A DNA stretch of 64,000 bases, taken from contig NC_092377.1 in NCBI RefSeq assembly GCF_030028105.1, positions 96,106,865 to 96,170,864 on the forward strand, in the 5' to 3' direction. Made by a program: the position numbers and the translations under genes. The DNA is from Mobula birostris (Eukaryota). Each line of letters opens with the position of its first letter. Positions within the stretch are counted from its first letter, which is position 1. The notes under the pieces were generated by a model. That model was not told where the DNA came from, searched no databases, and saw only the letters and a list, made by a program, of their open reading frames with translations. Shown in pieces: positions 1 to 13,859 of the stretch.

Positions 1-91
1 GCCTCCAGCTCTTTGGTTCAATGTTGAAATTTATTTTTGAATTCCTTTACTCGTGCTGCTCCTGTAATGTGTTTTCCTTTAACTGTGGCAG

Positions 92-238
92 GTTGAGCAG
101 GGACTAATCGTGGTGGCCTACAAGGACGGCAGGCCGGCACACGCACACTTCATGGAGCCAAAGCTGCTTCTCACTTGCTGGCAGAGGTGGCTGCTTCGGC
201 TGCAGAATTACCAGGAGAAGATTGGCACTCCCATGTGA
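92..238 (+). CDS. MGME1: MGME1 (mitochondrial genome maintenance exonuclease 1), last coding exon; upstream exons lie outside the window
   Basis: Pyrimidine tract + CAG (89-91), then VEQGLIVVAYKDGRPAHAHFMEPKLLLTCWQRWLLRLQNYQEKIGTPM* (TGA 236-238). This resembles the MGME1 C-terminus (GLIVVAYKDGSPAHPHFM...WLLRL). Position tail-to-tail with OVOL2 fits human synteny. Candidate poly(A) signals: ATTAAA 314-319, AATAAA 730-735. Confidence 0.9.
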   Translation, partial: VEQGLIVVAYKDGRPAHAHFMEPKLLLTCWQRWLLRLQNYQEKIGTPM

Positions 239-1120
239 GAGGAGCGAGTGACTGGGAAACCAACACCATGGCTCGGTGCCCAAAGTGACTCCTGATACAG
301 CACGAGTCAAATCATTAAATATAATCGAGAACAAGTTCAAGATTTTTCTGAGAGGTCAAGGGATATGGAGAGGTAGCAGGAACAGGACATTTGGATGAAT
401 AGCCACAGTTATATTGAATGGTAGTGCAAGCTTGAAGAGCTGAATGGCCTACTCCTGTTCCTGTTTCCCTATTACATCAGTTCTAGGGTACTTTGAACCA
501 GCCTGAGCATGTGAGGAGACAGATATCAAACCATGTCTTTCCATCTGTTGACAGCACTATTATTACTAGCAACCTTCCCTATGTACCGTTTCTATTACTG
601 TATCCTCGACCAGCAGTCATCATGAACTGTTAAGGTTTGGTGACATCATTGGTGGATATAGACTGAAGCCCAAGATTCGGTCGTGGAGTAGTTGCAGCAG
701 CCCACCAAATCCACTGCTGTCAAAACGGTAATAAATAGATGTTTATCTGACTGGCAAAGCAGAAGAACACATACTTCAACATCTCTGCTTTTATTAGGGG
801 CAAGGTTTGTCAGTGTAAGTGAAGTGTAAAGAAACTGCTGTATGGTGTGTGCCCTGAAGCAATCCAAACACTTTCAGCAGAAAGACAAGGAAAGGGCCGC
901 TGAGCCTAATGAGACCATACCAGCTCTACGTGAGACCAATCCATCCAGTCCCGTTCTACAACCTGTCCCCATAACCCTGGAGATGGTTTCCTGTTAGATG
1001 TATCTTGCTCTACAATTGAAGCGGCCACTACTGCGTCTACTGTATTCATATCCTGATGACTTACTGCATAAAGTTGTCTTCTCTTATCACTTGATTCATT
1101 TGTCTTTCATTTTCAATCTG

Positions 1121-1668
1121 TATTCAGTGGTCACTTTATTAGGTGCCTCCTGTAGCTAATGAAGTGGTCACTGAGTGTATGTTCATGGGCTTCTGCTGTT
1201 AGAGTCCATCTGCTTTGACATTCAACGTGTTCTGCATTCCATGATGCTCTTCTGCCCACCTCTGTTGTAATGTGTACTTATTTGAGTTACTGTCGCCTTC
1301 CTGTCAGCTTCAGCTAGTCTGGCCATTCTCCTTTGACCTCTTTCATTAACAAGGCATTTTTCACCCACAGAACTGCTGCTCACTGGATTTTTTTTTGTTT
1401 ACCGCATCATTTTCTGTAAACTGAAAAGACTACTGTGCATCAAAATTGCAGAGGATCAGCAGTTCCTGAGATACTCAAACTACCCCATCTGGCACCATGG
1501 TCAAAGTCACTTAGATCATGTTTCGTCCCCATTCTGATGTTTAGCCTGAACAACTGAACCTCTTGACCATATTTGCATGCTTTTATGCATTGAGTTGCTG
1601 TCACATGATTGGCTGATTATAGATATTTGCATGAATGAATGGGTGTACAGGTGTACCTAATAAAATGG
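1121..1668 (-). mobile_element. Non-autonomous Tc1/mariner-derived element
   Basis: CAGTGGTCACTTTATTAGGT...ACCTAATAAAATGG termini; the reverse complement aligns by eye with 7750-8268. Confidence 0.65.
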
Positions 1669-1689
1669 GCTTTGGTGTATGTCCAGGTT

Positions 1690-4240
1690 TGTTGATGACG
1701 TGGAACTGGGTGGCAGTGTGAGCTAGAGGAGGATGCAGCAAGGCTTCATGACGTGGGCAAGCTAAGTGAACGGGCAGGGATATGGCAGACAGGATATAAT
1801 GTGAAGAAATGAGAAAATCTGTGAATATTGGTAGAAACAACTATGAAGATGGGTACATTGTAAATGGTGAGAAGCTGAAAGATGTTGATGCACAGAGAGA
1901 CCTGTACACAAGTTATATTGAAGTTGTGTAAGACATTGGTGAAGCCTGATTTGGAGTATATGTGCTGTTCTGTTCATCTAACTACAGGAAAGATATTAAT
2001 AAGTTTGCAGAGAAAATTTACAAGGACTTGAGGACCCGAGTTATAGGGAAAGTTTGATTAGGTTAGGACTTTGTTTCCTGGAGTGTAGAAGAATAAGGGG
2101 TGATTTGATTGAGAGGTATAGATAGGGTAAATGCAAGCAGGCCTTTTCCTCCAAGATTGGCCAGAATTAAAGGTCCTGGGTTGAGGGAAAAAATCTTCAC
2201 TCGGGTTGGAGAGAGTATGGAACAAGCTGCCAGCGGAAGTGGTGGATGCGGGTTCTGTTTCAGCATTTGGATAAGTACATGGAGGGCCGTGGTCACCCAG
2301 ACTAGGCAGAATGGCATGGACTGTATCAGCTGTAGGTCCTGTAGTACTCTGTCTCTAATGCACTGGCACAGCAAGCTTGTAGGTAATTAAATAGGGTGTA
2401 GACCTTTTTGCACGAGGATTTGAGTAGAAGAGTAAGCATGTGTTAATGCAATTATGACTCCCTGGTGGGACCACATCTGGAACACTGTGTGCAGCTCTAG
2501 GGTTTCTACTGGGAGGATATACCTGTGATGGAGGGAGTCCAACAAGGATTCATCCCTGAGATGGAGGGTTTGTCTGACAAGGAAAGGTTAGTAAGAGTAG
2601 ACCTATACTGTTCAAAAGTCAGAATAGGGAGAAGTGATCTCATTGAAACACAAAGTTCTTACAGGACTTGACAGTGGATACAGGGAACATAGAACAGTAC
2701 AACACCGGACAGGCCATTGGGCCAATCCTGATGCCAATGTCCTCCTCTTGTGTATTATGCATATCTCTCCACTCCCTTCACAGTCACATTTCTATCTAAA
2801 AGTCTATTAAACTCCACCAAGCTGCCTGATCCACTACCGCCTCCAGTAACCTATACCTATTCCACATACCTACTACCCTCTGCATTAAAAAAAACTTGTC
2901 TCTCACGATGCTTTTAAACTTTCCCCCTCTAACCTTAGAAGCATGTCCTCAAGGTTTTGACATTTCTACCTTAGGGATAAGATTCTGTCTATCCTACCTA
3001 TGCTTCTCATAATTTTAACAGCCTTTATTAGGTCTCCCCTCAGCCTCTGACATTCCACGGAGAACACCCCAAGATTTTCCATCCTTTCCTTATAGCAGCA
3101 TCCTGGTAAACCTCTTTTGCGCCCTTTCCACAGACTTCACATTCTTCCTCAAGTGGGGTGACCAGAACCACGCACAGTAGTCCCAGTACAGTTGGACAAA
3201 TGTTTGATATAGCTACAGAATGAGTCCCTTACTCTTATAGTCAGCACCCCTACCAATGAGGGCAAGCATGCCATACACGTCTTTACCACCTCCTCCACTT
3301 GTGTTCCTGCTTTTGATGAGCTATGGAACTGGTTACTCTGTACCTTAATTAGGGGTCTGCAATTAACTGTTAACCATTAACACTTTCTCCTTTGATTTGA
3401 CCCTCTAAAGTGCAACACCTCACACTTGGAGTCATAGGTCACCACAGCACTGAAACAGCCATTTGGCCCATCTAGTCCATGCTAAACTGTTATTCTTCTG
3501 AGTCCTGTTGACCCATACCAGACCTCTTGCCTGGATTAAACTCCCATCAGTCATTTCCCTGTCCATCGTGCTAATCCATCAGTGATGTTTCCTTGTCTCT
3601 GGTGCAGGGAATCCAGAGGTATATCTCACGTGGGTCAGCCATTCATAACCAAGATAAATATTTTTCTTTCACTGAGAGTGCGGTGATCTTGTTCAAGGTA
3701 TGTAAGATTCTGTGGGAACTTGACTGCGTAGATGTTGAGATGTTTCAGTTCAAGACTGGAAGACAATTACAAGATTAGTAGGCAGTTGTTTAAAACTGAG
3801 GTGAGTTGGAGCTTCTTCGCTTAGGCATTGGTAAATCTCTGGAATGTTCTGTCTGGGAGGATTATGGAGGTAAAATCAATGAGGATATTTAAAGGGAAAG
3901 TAGAAAGATCTTTGAACGTTTGGGGAATTGGCACTGTGTTGAGGCCTGGGGCAGATCAGCCATGATCATATGGAATGACAGAATAGCCTTTGAAGGGGTG
4001 AGTAGCCTACTCCTGCTTCTACTACCTCCTGTAAGGTTTAGAGGGCATTGAAGGAAGAACCTCTGCACCCAGAGGGGTCTCAGAACCTGTCTGAAAGTGG
4101 GATGGAGAAAGAGACACAAAATTTCAGTAATGTCTAGATTTCTCCTTGAATTGCCAGGGCAGAGGAGGCTATAGACCATGTGCTGGTATATGGTTGATGG
4201 CTAGTAAAGACATGGTGGGCTGAAGGGTCTATACTGTATC
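1690..4240. mobile_element. Cluster of decayed CR1 LINE 3' fragments, both orientations
   Basis: Recurrent CR1 3' motifs (RGDLIE/RGIDRV-like coding remnants, 'ttcactcagagggtggt'-type tails). Confidence 0.65.
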
Positions 4241-4444
4241 ATTCATAAATGAGCATCTCTTAAAGGTTATCTCATCTTGTCTCTTGTGGCCTTGACGTAT
4301 GCAAATTGCCAGTTTCCAGCTTCCTGCATTACATCACTGACCACTCTTCCATCATCGGTACTAAAGTCCTTTGGCATGTACGATGGCCATTTTGTAACCA
4401 GGAATCCTTTTCTTCATTAATTCTCAAGACTGAACATTCTAGAG

Positions 4445-4509
4445 CAGGGTTTCCCAACATTTTTATGCCATGGACCCCTACCATTAACTGAGGGGTCTGT
4501 GGATCCCTG
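4445..4509. mobile_element. hAT/Charlie-type MITE, 65 bp, with 8-bp TSD
   Basis: CAGGGTTTCCCAAC...CCCTG flanked by an exact TTCTAGAG duplication (4437-4444, 4510-4517); 8-bp NTCTAGAN targets are typical of Charlie hATs. Confidence 0.85.
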
Positions 4510-4974
4510 TTCTAGAGCTACTTGGAAGTTTTACAAAGACAACACTGAGGCTTCTTGCAGTCAGAACACAGTCAAAGCCCCACAACCTTGACAATGTGGT
4601 TTGAAGTGGTTGACATGCAATCTGCAGAATAAACAACCCAACTTTGTTTTCTGAAGTGATTCTTAAGAACAGTTTCAAGCAGAATATGTAACTGCTGAAG
4701 GGACTGGGAAGACATTGACTATAAATCATATCTTCATATCCCTGCCAGTAGTACAAATGCTACAACTGCCCCTTCACCTCCTCCCTCAGCACCGTTCAGG
4801 GCTCCAAACAGGCCTTCCAGGTGAGGTGACACTTCACCTGCAAGCCTTTCGGGGTCATATCCTGTGGCCAGCGCTCCTGGTGCAGCCTTCTCTACATAGA
4901 TGCTACCCGATGTAGACTGCAGGACTGCTTTGTCGAGCCCCTCACGCCGCCCATAACAGGCAGGATTTCCCTGG

Positions 4975-5535
4975 GTCCACACATTCACATTCCCATTCCA
5001 ACATGTCAGGCCATGGCTTAGGCCATTCTCAGGTTGGAGGAGCAACATCTCATGTCTAGGTAGCTTTTAGCTTGACGGCATGAACATTGATTTATCTAAC
5101 TTCCAGTGATTTCCCTCACATCCTCCTTCTCTCTTTTTCCATTTGCCATGGCTCCCCTCTTACCCTTTCTCTTCTTACTTCTCACCTCCCTCTGGTGCCC
5201 CTCCCCCATTCCCATGGTCCACTCTCTTCTCCAATCAAATATCTCCTACTTCAGCCCTTTACCTTTTCCACCTATCAGCTCCCAGCTTCTCACCCACCCA
5301 CCGTCCCCTCACCTGGCTTCACCTATCACTTGTCAGCTTGTAACCCTCCCCCCTCCCCCACCTTCTTGTGTCTGGCTTCTTCCCCCTTCCCTTCCAGTTT
5401 GGGTGAAGAGTCTCAGCACAAAATGTCAACTGTTTTCAAAAATTCCCCTCCATAGATGCTGCCTGACCTACTGAGTTCCTCCAGTATCTTGTGTGTGTGG
5501 CCCTGGATTTCCAGCATCTGCAACACCTTGTGTCT
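4975..5535 (+). mobile_element. Penelope-like element 3' fragment
   Basis: Similar to 14650-15210 and 33900-34425 (ctcaggttggaggagcaac, pyrimidine-rich tract, gatgctgcctgacct tail). Confidence 0.7.
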
Positions 5536-5547
5536 TCATGTAAAGTA

Positions 5548-5553
5548 TTTATT
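5548..5553 (-). terminator. Candidate OVOL2 polyadenylation signal (AATAAA); a second one at 5667-5672
   Basis: TTTATT on + strand about 600 nt after the stop, at the end of the unique 3'UTR-like sequence just before repeats begin. Confidence 0.5.
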
Positions 5554-6148
5554 TTTACAAAGTGTAGTACTTTTTCTGGCTAGTAAAGCATTTTGAAGAT
5601 CTCTGAAAGTTGAGAAATTTGCACAAAATATTGGAAGTTCACCATGTTTTTCCTTTATGTGCATGTTTTATTTTCCAACCTCACAAATTTATAAGTGGAT
5701 ACAGTGCATACTTTGGAGCTAAATGTACCCAGAACCAAAAATTAAAGAGCAAAGAAGATGATTGACAGGAAAGACTGCTGAGAAATGCTGAAAAGCCCCA
5801 CACATTGCTCAGACACTGAGCCTTAATGTAATTGTCCTTTGAAGAGGCTCAATTGATTGGGTCAAATTGTAAGTACCATCACCTTCCCAGACACGGGATA
5901 GAAGGACAAAGATTCCATCCATGACTGTAGGGCCCTAGAGTTAATCTCCTTTTCACAGGACCTGAAAATATGATCTGATCTCTGTGTATCAGCAACAGCC
6001 TAAATATCCTCTCTGATTCATCTACCTGGCAGACAGGTCAAAGGGGATTGGTTGACACTGATAGGAAACACAGCAGGAACTATCTCCTTGGCACCAACCA
6101 TCAAGTTAAAGCATTGAAGCTTCAGTGTAGGCACTAATACCTTTGCTC

Positions 6149-6553
<405 letters not shown>

Positions 6554-7749
6554 TCAGACTATAGAGGTACACAATACCTTGCTGACAGTACCAGGGGAGC
6601 TTGTTTCTCTGAGGAAGTTTCAGAAATAAGTTGAGCCTCATGCAATGTCCAGGGGACAACTTGTATTTTATTACATTGCAAGTTAGCTCCGGCAGACTAG
6701 GTAGATGAGATTCAGTGCTTCATGAAGAACAGAGGGCATATCAAGGCACAGAAGAAGTCATAGTCATCCACTGCAACCAAGGAATATACCAGTTGTGACA
6801 GCTGTTTGAACCACTGGACCCAGACATCAGAGGCCGAGAGAGTGAAACTGCCCCAGTGCAACAGCTTTTCCATTTTAAAAACTCTCCTGCAAAGGCTCTG
6901 TCACCGCTGGATATGACAGACAACCAATCATTTTACATCACATGGGGGGGCAGGGCTAATGAAAGGGGTAACAATGGTCATGGGATGTCAAAACCAAAGA
7001 ATCACAAGCAGGGGTAAGCCACTTGGACTTTAAGTCTGCTCCACCGTTCAGTGGGATCACGTCTGATCTTCCACCTCTGCCACTTTTCTATGGTTCTCGA
7101 TTTCCCCAAGAATCCAGAAATCTATCAATCCCTGTTTTGAGCGAACTCAGTGGTTTAACCTCCATATTTAGAGATACAACAAGGTAACAGGCCCTTCTGG
7201 CCCAGTGAGCTCTTGGCACCTAATTACACCCATGGGACCATTCTCCTACTGAGCAGTGTGTCTTTGGAATGTGGGAGGGAACCGGAACCAACATGGTCAC
7301 AGGGAGAATTTTACACACTCCTTACGGATCATGGCAGAAGTTCAACCCTGCCATTATAATAGCATTACAGTAATGCTACCTGCGTGGATTTGAGCACGGT
7401 GAAAGGTGGCGTCCAGAGGCAATTTATGCTGGCTACCACCCTTCCCCACACTGAACTTGGAGGCAGGATCTTGATCTGTGTTGACAATTCCTCCCCTAAG
7501 ACTGACTACATTTGCCACTTGACCCGGAGAGTTCCCCCGGCAGCTTGTTTGTTGAACCTCAAAATTCTTCTGAACTCTAGAAAACACAGACTAGATTTTT
7601 TCAATCTCTCATATGGTACATCTGTCTTCCCTGGGAGCAGCAATGTCAGAATCAGGTTTATTATGACTGACATATGTCATAAAATGTGTTGTTTTGCAGC
7701 AGCAGTACAGAGCAATACACAAAACATATTATAAATTATAATAAATATA

Positions 7750-8268
7750 CTACTTTATTCCTTATACCTGTACACCTGCTTGTTAATGCAAATACCTAAT
7801 CAGCCAATCATGTGGCAGCAACTCAACATATAAAAGCATGCAGACATGGTCAAGAGGTTCAGTTGTCACCCAGACCAAACATTAGAATGGGAAGGAAATG
7901 TGATCTAAGTGACTTTGACTGGGGAATGTTTGTTGGTGCCAGATAGGGTGATTTGAGTATCTCAGAAACTGCTGACCTCCTCAGACTTTCATGCACAGAC
8001 GTCTTCAGAATTTACAGGGAATACTGCAAAATAAAAAAAACACCCTGTGGGCAAAATCTCCTTGTTATGAGAGAGATCAAAGGAGAATGGCCAGACTGGT
8101 TCAAGCTGACAGGAAGGCAACAGTAACTCAAATAACCACCTGTTACAACAGTGGTGTGCAGAAGAGCCTTGAAGTGGATTGGCTACAGCAGCAGAAGATC
8201 ATTAACACACACTCAATGGCCACTTTATTAAGTACAGGAGATATCTAGTAAAATGGCCACTGAGTGTA
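7750..8268 (+). mobile_element. Non-autonomous Tc1/mariner-derived element (same family as 1121-1668)
   Basis: Remnant transposase-like peptide QRRMARLVQADRKATVTQITT; terminus ...AAAATGGCCACTGAGTGTA. Confidence 0.65.
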
Positions 8269-8289
8269 TATAAAAAAGTAGTGCAGAAA

Positions 8290-8790
8290 GAGCAACAACA
8301 GTAAGGTAGTGTTCGTGGGTTCATTGTCAGTTTAGAAATCTGATGGCAGAGGGGAAGAAGCTGTTGCTAAAACAGTTTGTATCTTCAGGCTCCTGTACCT
8401 CCTCCCTTATGGCAGTGATGAAAGGAGGGTGACTCCTGGATGATGGGGGTCCTTAATGATGGATGCTGCCTTTTGAAGATGTCCTCGATACTGGGGAGGC
8501 TGCTGCCATGGTGGAGCGGGCTGAGTTTACAACCCTCTGCAGCTTTTTACGATCCTGTGCATTGGCTCCTCCATATCAGACGGTGATGCAACCAGTTAGA
8601 ATGTTCTCCTAAGTACATCTGCAGAAATTTGCTAGTCTTTGGTGACATACCACGTCTCCTCAAACTCCTAATGAAATGTAGCCACTGGTGTGCCTTCTTC
8701 ATAATTGCATCAATATGTTGGGCCCAGGATAGACCCTCAGAGATGTTGATCCTTGAAGCTGCTCATCCTTTCCACAGCCGACCCTTCAAT
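8290..8790 (-). mobile_element. Rex/L2-type LINE 3' fragment
   Basis: Similar to 42960-43450 and 61930-62400. Confidence 0.6.
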
Positions 8791-8854
8791 AATCAGATTT
8801 ACTACCTGCCATACTCCTTCCAGAGGTGAAAGTAAAACCGTAAACATGTAGATA

Positions 8855-9200
8855 GGCCCTCCGTTGATCAAGGTCAATCATGGATGTCGCATGCTTGCTG
8901 TCTACACAAACCTGGGCAGTACGATTTGGAGAGCAAGCTGTTGCCCATGCAGCAGGCCCCCCAACCCACCCATGCAGCTGATGAATCCAAAGGAATGTCG
9001 GAGATCAATATGGTTTTCTGTCAGCAGCGTCACAGGGTTGCCAGTCAGCAGTGAATCAACGTAGGACTGCCTCAAGGACTCCAGCTCTGGATTTTTCCTC
9101 AGCATTTGCTCCCAAAGCCTTCCCCATGAGTGGGTATAGCCGCAAGGCAGTGGGGGTTTCAAATCAGAGTTTTCCTTCTAGATGAGCTGCCAACCACGGC
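8855..9200. mobile_element. SINE or LINE-tail fragment (RTE-like); related pieces near 41825-42230 and 51520-51625
   Basis: Recurrent repeat-like sequence; family assignment uncertain. Confidence 0.4.
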
Positions 9201-10729
9201 CCCGTCGGCCCGCAGTAAACACGTACATGTTGTAAAAAAGTGTACTGGTGAGAAAATGGCTGCAACAACAATACAAATGGGTTTAACAGGCCACATTAGC
9301 AATGTCACTGAACCAGTCAGAAATTTCACCTTCAACACTTCCTCACTCTGTGGCTAATGAAATTTTTATTTTTACGTAGGAGGTATCCATTCCTAGTTGG
9401 AGCAGAAGTGAATGCTAGAAACACTTGGTAGGTCAGGCGGTGTCTGTAGAGTGTGGGGGTTCGCTGGGCTACTTCAGCCCCCGTTGTCATACTGACTGGA
9501 AGCTCTCAGCTCTTGTGTAACATACAGAGAGGAGTTTCCAAAACTAGGGTCATTCTGCTTTGAGCCGAGAAGCTTGAGAGATCAAGAGGGGCATAATTTT
9601 AAAGTGATTGCGGAAATGAATGGGGGGAACGTTAGAGGTAATTCTTTTAACCTGTAGAATGGTGGGTGTGTGGAATGTGCTGCTGGTAGAGGCAGATACA
9701 TTAGAAACATTTAAGAGACTTAAGTAGGCACAGGGACAAAAGGAAAATGCAGGGTATGCGGGAGGCGGTGGTCGAGTTGATATTGGCGTAGGTTAAACGC
9801 ACCATGGGCTGAAGGGCTTGTCTGTGCTGTAGTGTTCTATGATGAGACCAAAACTGCCGTAATACTGCTAGAACAGTCTCACCAGGAGCCTGGACGAGAA
9901 GACTAATTGAAGTGGTCACAGATTCACTTTTTGAGAGTGTCTTTAGGAGTAAAGAATGGGAGGGTTTTGGTTGGGGGAGGTTGCAGAGCTGACTGTCTGG
10001 GCACCTGAAGGTACAGACACAGACACAGCACTGCACTCAGTATCAGATGTTTATTAGGCTTCACACTCTACACACAGTGACTCCAGGTTCAAGTCACCAA
10101 ATTAAACCCACAGCAGCCACCAACTCTAGTACTTTTCTGGAGGTTTTCAGTCACACTCAATGCCTTTACTCCGAAAAAAATAGACGCGGTGGAATGTGTT
10201 TTCGTGAAGAAGAATGCTGAGTAAGTATTGGTTATAGATATTCTGTAGCACACATTTGATGAATCTATGGAAAATAAGGTGCTAGATGTAAGATATCTTT
10301 TGGACTATTGTTCTTAGGATTCATTCACCATCTGAATCGGATCCTGTTCCACTCAATATGACCAATAAATATGAATTCCACAGTAATGAAAACAATGATA
10401 AGAGGGGACACACAAGTGTAAAGAAATACCGGCAATGTAAGTCATCTGTGTCAAGGCGACTAGTCCAATCACCAGGTTATCGCTACCCTGCTACAACCCA
10501 TTTCCCTAGACCCCTCTGGCCCTCTCCACCTATTGTCCCTGCAATGTTCTTCTCTGTCTCCATTCACTCTCCCTGAACCCTACTTTCTCCAGAGCTGCCT
10601 CTCCCAAGGATTGGCACAGTAATGTAACATCTGCTGGAAGGCTGGGGTTCAATTCCTGCTGCTGTCTGCAAGGAGTTTGTATGTTCTCCCCACGACAGCG
10701 TATGACAACTCCCCCACTCCCCTCTCCCC

Positions 10730-11550
10730 GTCCACTCTATCTAGGCCTTTCAATGTTCAATGGTTTTCAATGAGATCTCCCTTGTTTTCTAAACTCCAAT
10801 GAGTAAAGTCTCAGAGACATCAAATAATCCTCATATGATATGCTTTTCATTGCTGGGATCATTCTCATGAACCTCCTCTGGGCCCTCTCCAACGCCAGCA
10901 CATCTTTTCTTAGATAAGGGGCCCAAAACTGCTCCCAATACTCCAGTGCTTTATAAAATCTCAACATACCATCCTTTTTATAATCCATTTCCCTTGAAAT
11001 GAGGGGTAACATTGCATTTGGCTTCCTTACAAGTGACTCAACCTGCAAGTTAAATTTTAGGGAATCCTGCACAAGGACTCCCAAGTCCCTTTGCACATCT
11101 GATTTTTGAATTTAGAAAATAGTGTACACTACTTATTTATTCCTTCTACCAAAGTGAGTGACCATACAATTCTCTATACTTCATCTGTCACTTCTTTGCC
11201 CATTCACCCAATCTGTCATAAATCCTTCTGCAGACTTCCTCAGCACTCCCTGCACCTTCACCTATCTCTGTATTGTCCACAAACTTGGCTACAAAGTCAT
11301 CAATTCCATCCTCAAAATCATTGACATATAACGTGAAAAGAATTGGTCCCAACACTGACCCCTGTGGAACATCACTAGTCACCAACAGCCAACCAGAAAA
11401 GGCTGCCTTTATTCCCATTCTCCATCCCCTGCCAGTCAGCCAACCTGCTATCAATGCTAGTATTTTTCCTATAATGCCATGGGCTCTTTTCTTGTTTATC
11501 AGCCTCATGTGCCGCACCTTATCAAAGGCCTTCTAAAAAGCCAAGTAAAC
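10730..11550 (-). mobile_element. CR1 LINE reverse-transcriptase fragment
   Basis: VPQGSVLGPILFTLYVND...KFVDNTEIG; LEYWEQFWAPYLRKDVLALERAQRRF. Confidence 0.85.
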
Positions 11551-11554
11551 AACA

Positions 11555-13840
11555 GTAATTTGGAAGAAGCAGGATAAGTTCATCCCAAGAAGAAGAAACA
11601 TTCTAAAGGGAGGATGAGGCAACCATGTCTGACGAGGGAAGCCAAAGACAGCATAAAAGCAAAAGAAACAGAATATAACATCACACAAATTAGTAGAATA
11701 ACAAAACAAAAAATATAGACCATAGAACAGTACAGGCTGTGTTGAGTTTTTAGGCTACTCCAAGACCAACCTAACCCTTCCCTTCCATATAATCCTCCAT
11801 TTTCCTTTCATCCATGTGCCTATCCCAGTTTTTCTTAAATGTCCTTGATGTATCTGCCTCTACCACCAACTTTGGCAGCATATTCCATGCATCCAGTACT
11901 CTCTGTGTAAAACATTAAAAGAGGATATGTACGGGAAGATTTTCAGATAGAGTATATAAAGAGTAGAATAAAGGCAAGATTGGGCATTGGTCTGCTGGAA
12001 AATGACATTGGAGAGGTAGTAATAAGAAACAAAGAAATGGTGGATGAACTCCTTAAGTATTTTCTTAGAGTCATAGAAAAGTGCAGCACAGAAACAGGCC
12101 CTTCAGCCCATCTAATTTGTGTCTAACCATTTAACCATGGCTACTCTCATCGACCTGCACCTGGACCATAGCCCTACCATCTATGTGCCTATCCAAACTT
12201 CTCTTAAACGTTGAAATTGATTCTGCATGCATCTTCACCCTTAGCCCATGACCTCTGGTTATAGTCCTACCCAACCTCAGTGGAAAAAGCCTGCTTGCAT
12301 TTACCCTATCTATACCCCTCATTATTTTGTATACCCCTATCAAACCTCCTCTCAATCATCTACATTCCAAAGAATAAAGTACAGTACTAACCTATTCATT
12401 TTTTCTTTCTAACTCAGGTCTTCCAGATTCAGCAACATTCTTGTGAATTTTTTTTGTATTCTTTCAACCTTATTTACATCTTTTCTTTAGGTAGGTGATC
12501 GAATCTGCACACGAGTCCAAATTACGCCTCACCAATATCTTGTACAATTTCAACGTAATATTCCATCTCCTGTACTCAATACCTTGCATCAGTCTTCACT
12601 GTGGAAGACCCCAGCAGTGTGCCAGAAATTCGAGCGTCGGGGTGCAGAATTGAGTGTAGTTGTTAGTACAGTGGAGAAGGTGCTTTGGACGCTGAAAGGT
12701 CCAAGGCGGATAAGTCATCAGATGGACTACACCGCAGAGTTCTGAAAGAGGTAGCTGAAGAGATTGTGGAGGCATTAGTAGTGATCCTTCAAGAATCACT
12801 AGATTCTGGAATGATTCTGTACAGCTGGAAAATTGCAAATATCACTTCCGTTCTTTAAGAGGGGAGGGAGGCAAAAGACAGGAAATTATGGATCAGTTTC
12901 TGATTTCAGTAGTTGATTTCTGTTATTAGGGGTGAGGTATTGGAGTACTTGGGTTCAGTTGATAGAATAGGCCAAAGTCAGCATGGTTTCCTCAAGGGGA
13001 AATCTTGCCTGACCGATCTGTTGGCATTCTCTGAGGAAAAAAAATAAGACAGGATAGAGAAAGGAGAGTCAGTGGATGACATTTTCTTGATTTACAAAAA
13101 GCCTTTGACAAGATTTTGCACATGAAGCTGTTAAACAAGACAAGAGCCTGTGATATTACGTATGTGAAAGATGCCAACATGACCAGAAGACTGGCTGACC
13201 GGCAGGACACAGAGTGGGAGGAGATGGGGCCTTTCTGGTTGGCTGCCAGGGTTCTGCAGGGAGTGGTGTTGGGACTACTTCTTCTCACATTACGATACAT
13301 GTGAATGATTTCCATGATAGAATTGATGGCCTTGTGGCTAACTTTGCAGACAATACAAAGATAGGTGGATGGACAGGTAGTATTGAGGAAGCAGGAGAAT
13401 TTAGGCAGATTAGGAGAATACAGAGCAGGGAATTGTATGGAAATGTACTTTGGCAGAAGGAATAATGACAGACTTTTTTTCTAAACGGGGAGCATATTCA
13501 AAAATCAGAGGTGCAAAGGAACTTGGGAGTCCTAGGACAGGATTCCCTCAAGGTTAACTTGCAGATTGAATCAGTAGTAAGGAAGGTAAATGCATTGGTA
13601 GCATTCATTGCAAGAGGACAGAATATAAGAGCAAGGATGTGATGCCGAGGCTTTATAAAACATAGGTCAGACCGCACTTGGAGTATTGTGAACAGTTTTG
13701 GGCCCCTTATCTAAGAAAGAATGTGCAAGCATTGGAGGGGGTCCAGACAAGGTTTACGAGAATGAACCCAGGAATTAAGGGGTTAACACATGAGAAGAAT
13801 TTGATGGCTCTGAGCCTGTACTCAGTAGAGTTTAGAAGAC
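11555..13840 (+). mobile_element. CR1 LINE ORF2 fragment with nested CR1 3' pieces
   Basis: ANFADNTKIGG; EYCEQFWAPYLRKNVQALEGVQTRF; many frameshifts. Confidence 0.8.
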
Positions 13841-13859
13841 TGGTGGGGGGGGGGGGTGA

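Noticed and set aside
5554-6148. miR-200-family sites in OVOL2 3'UTR
   Set aside because: Only CAGTGTC found on the sense strand, not CAGTGTT or CAGTATT.
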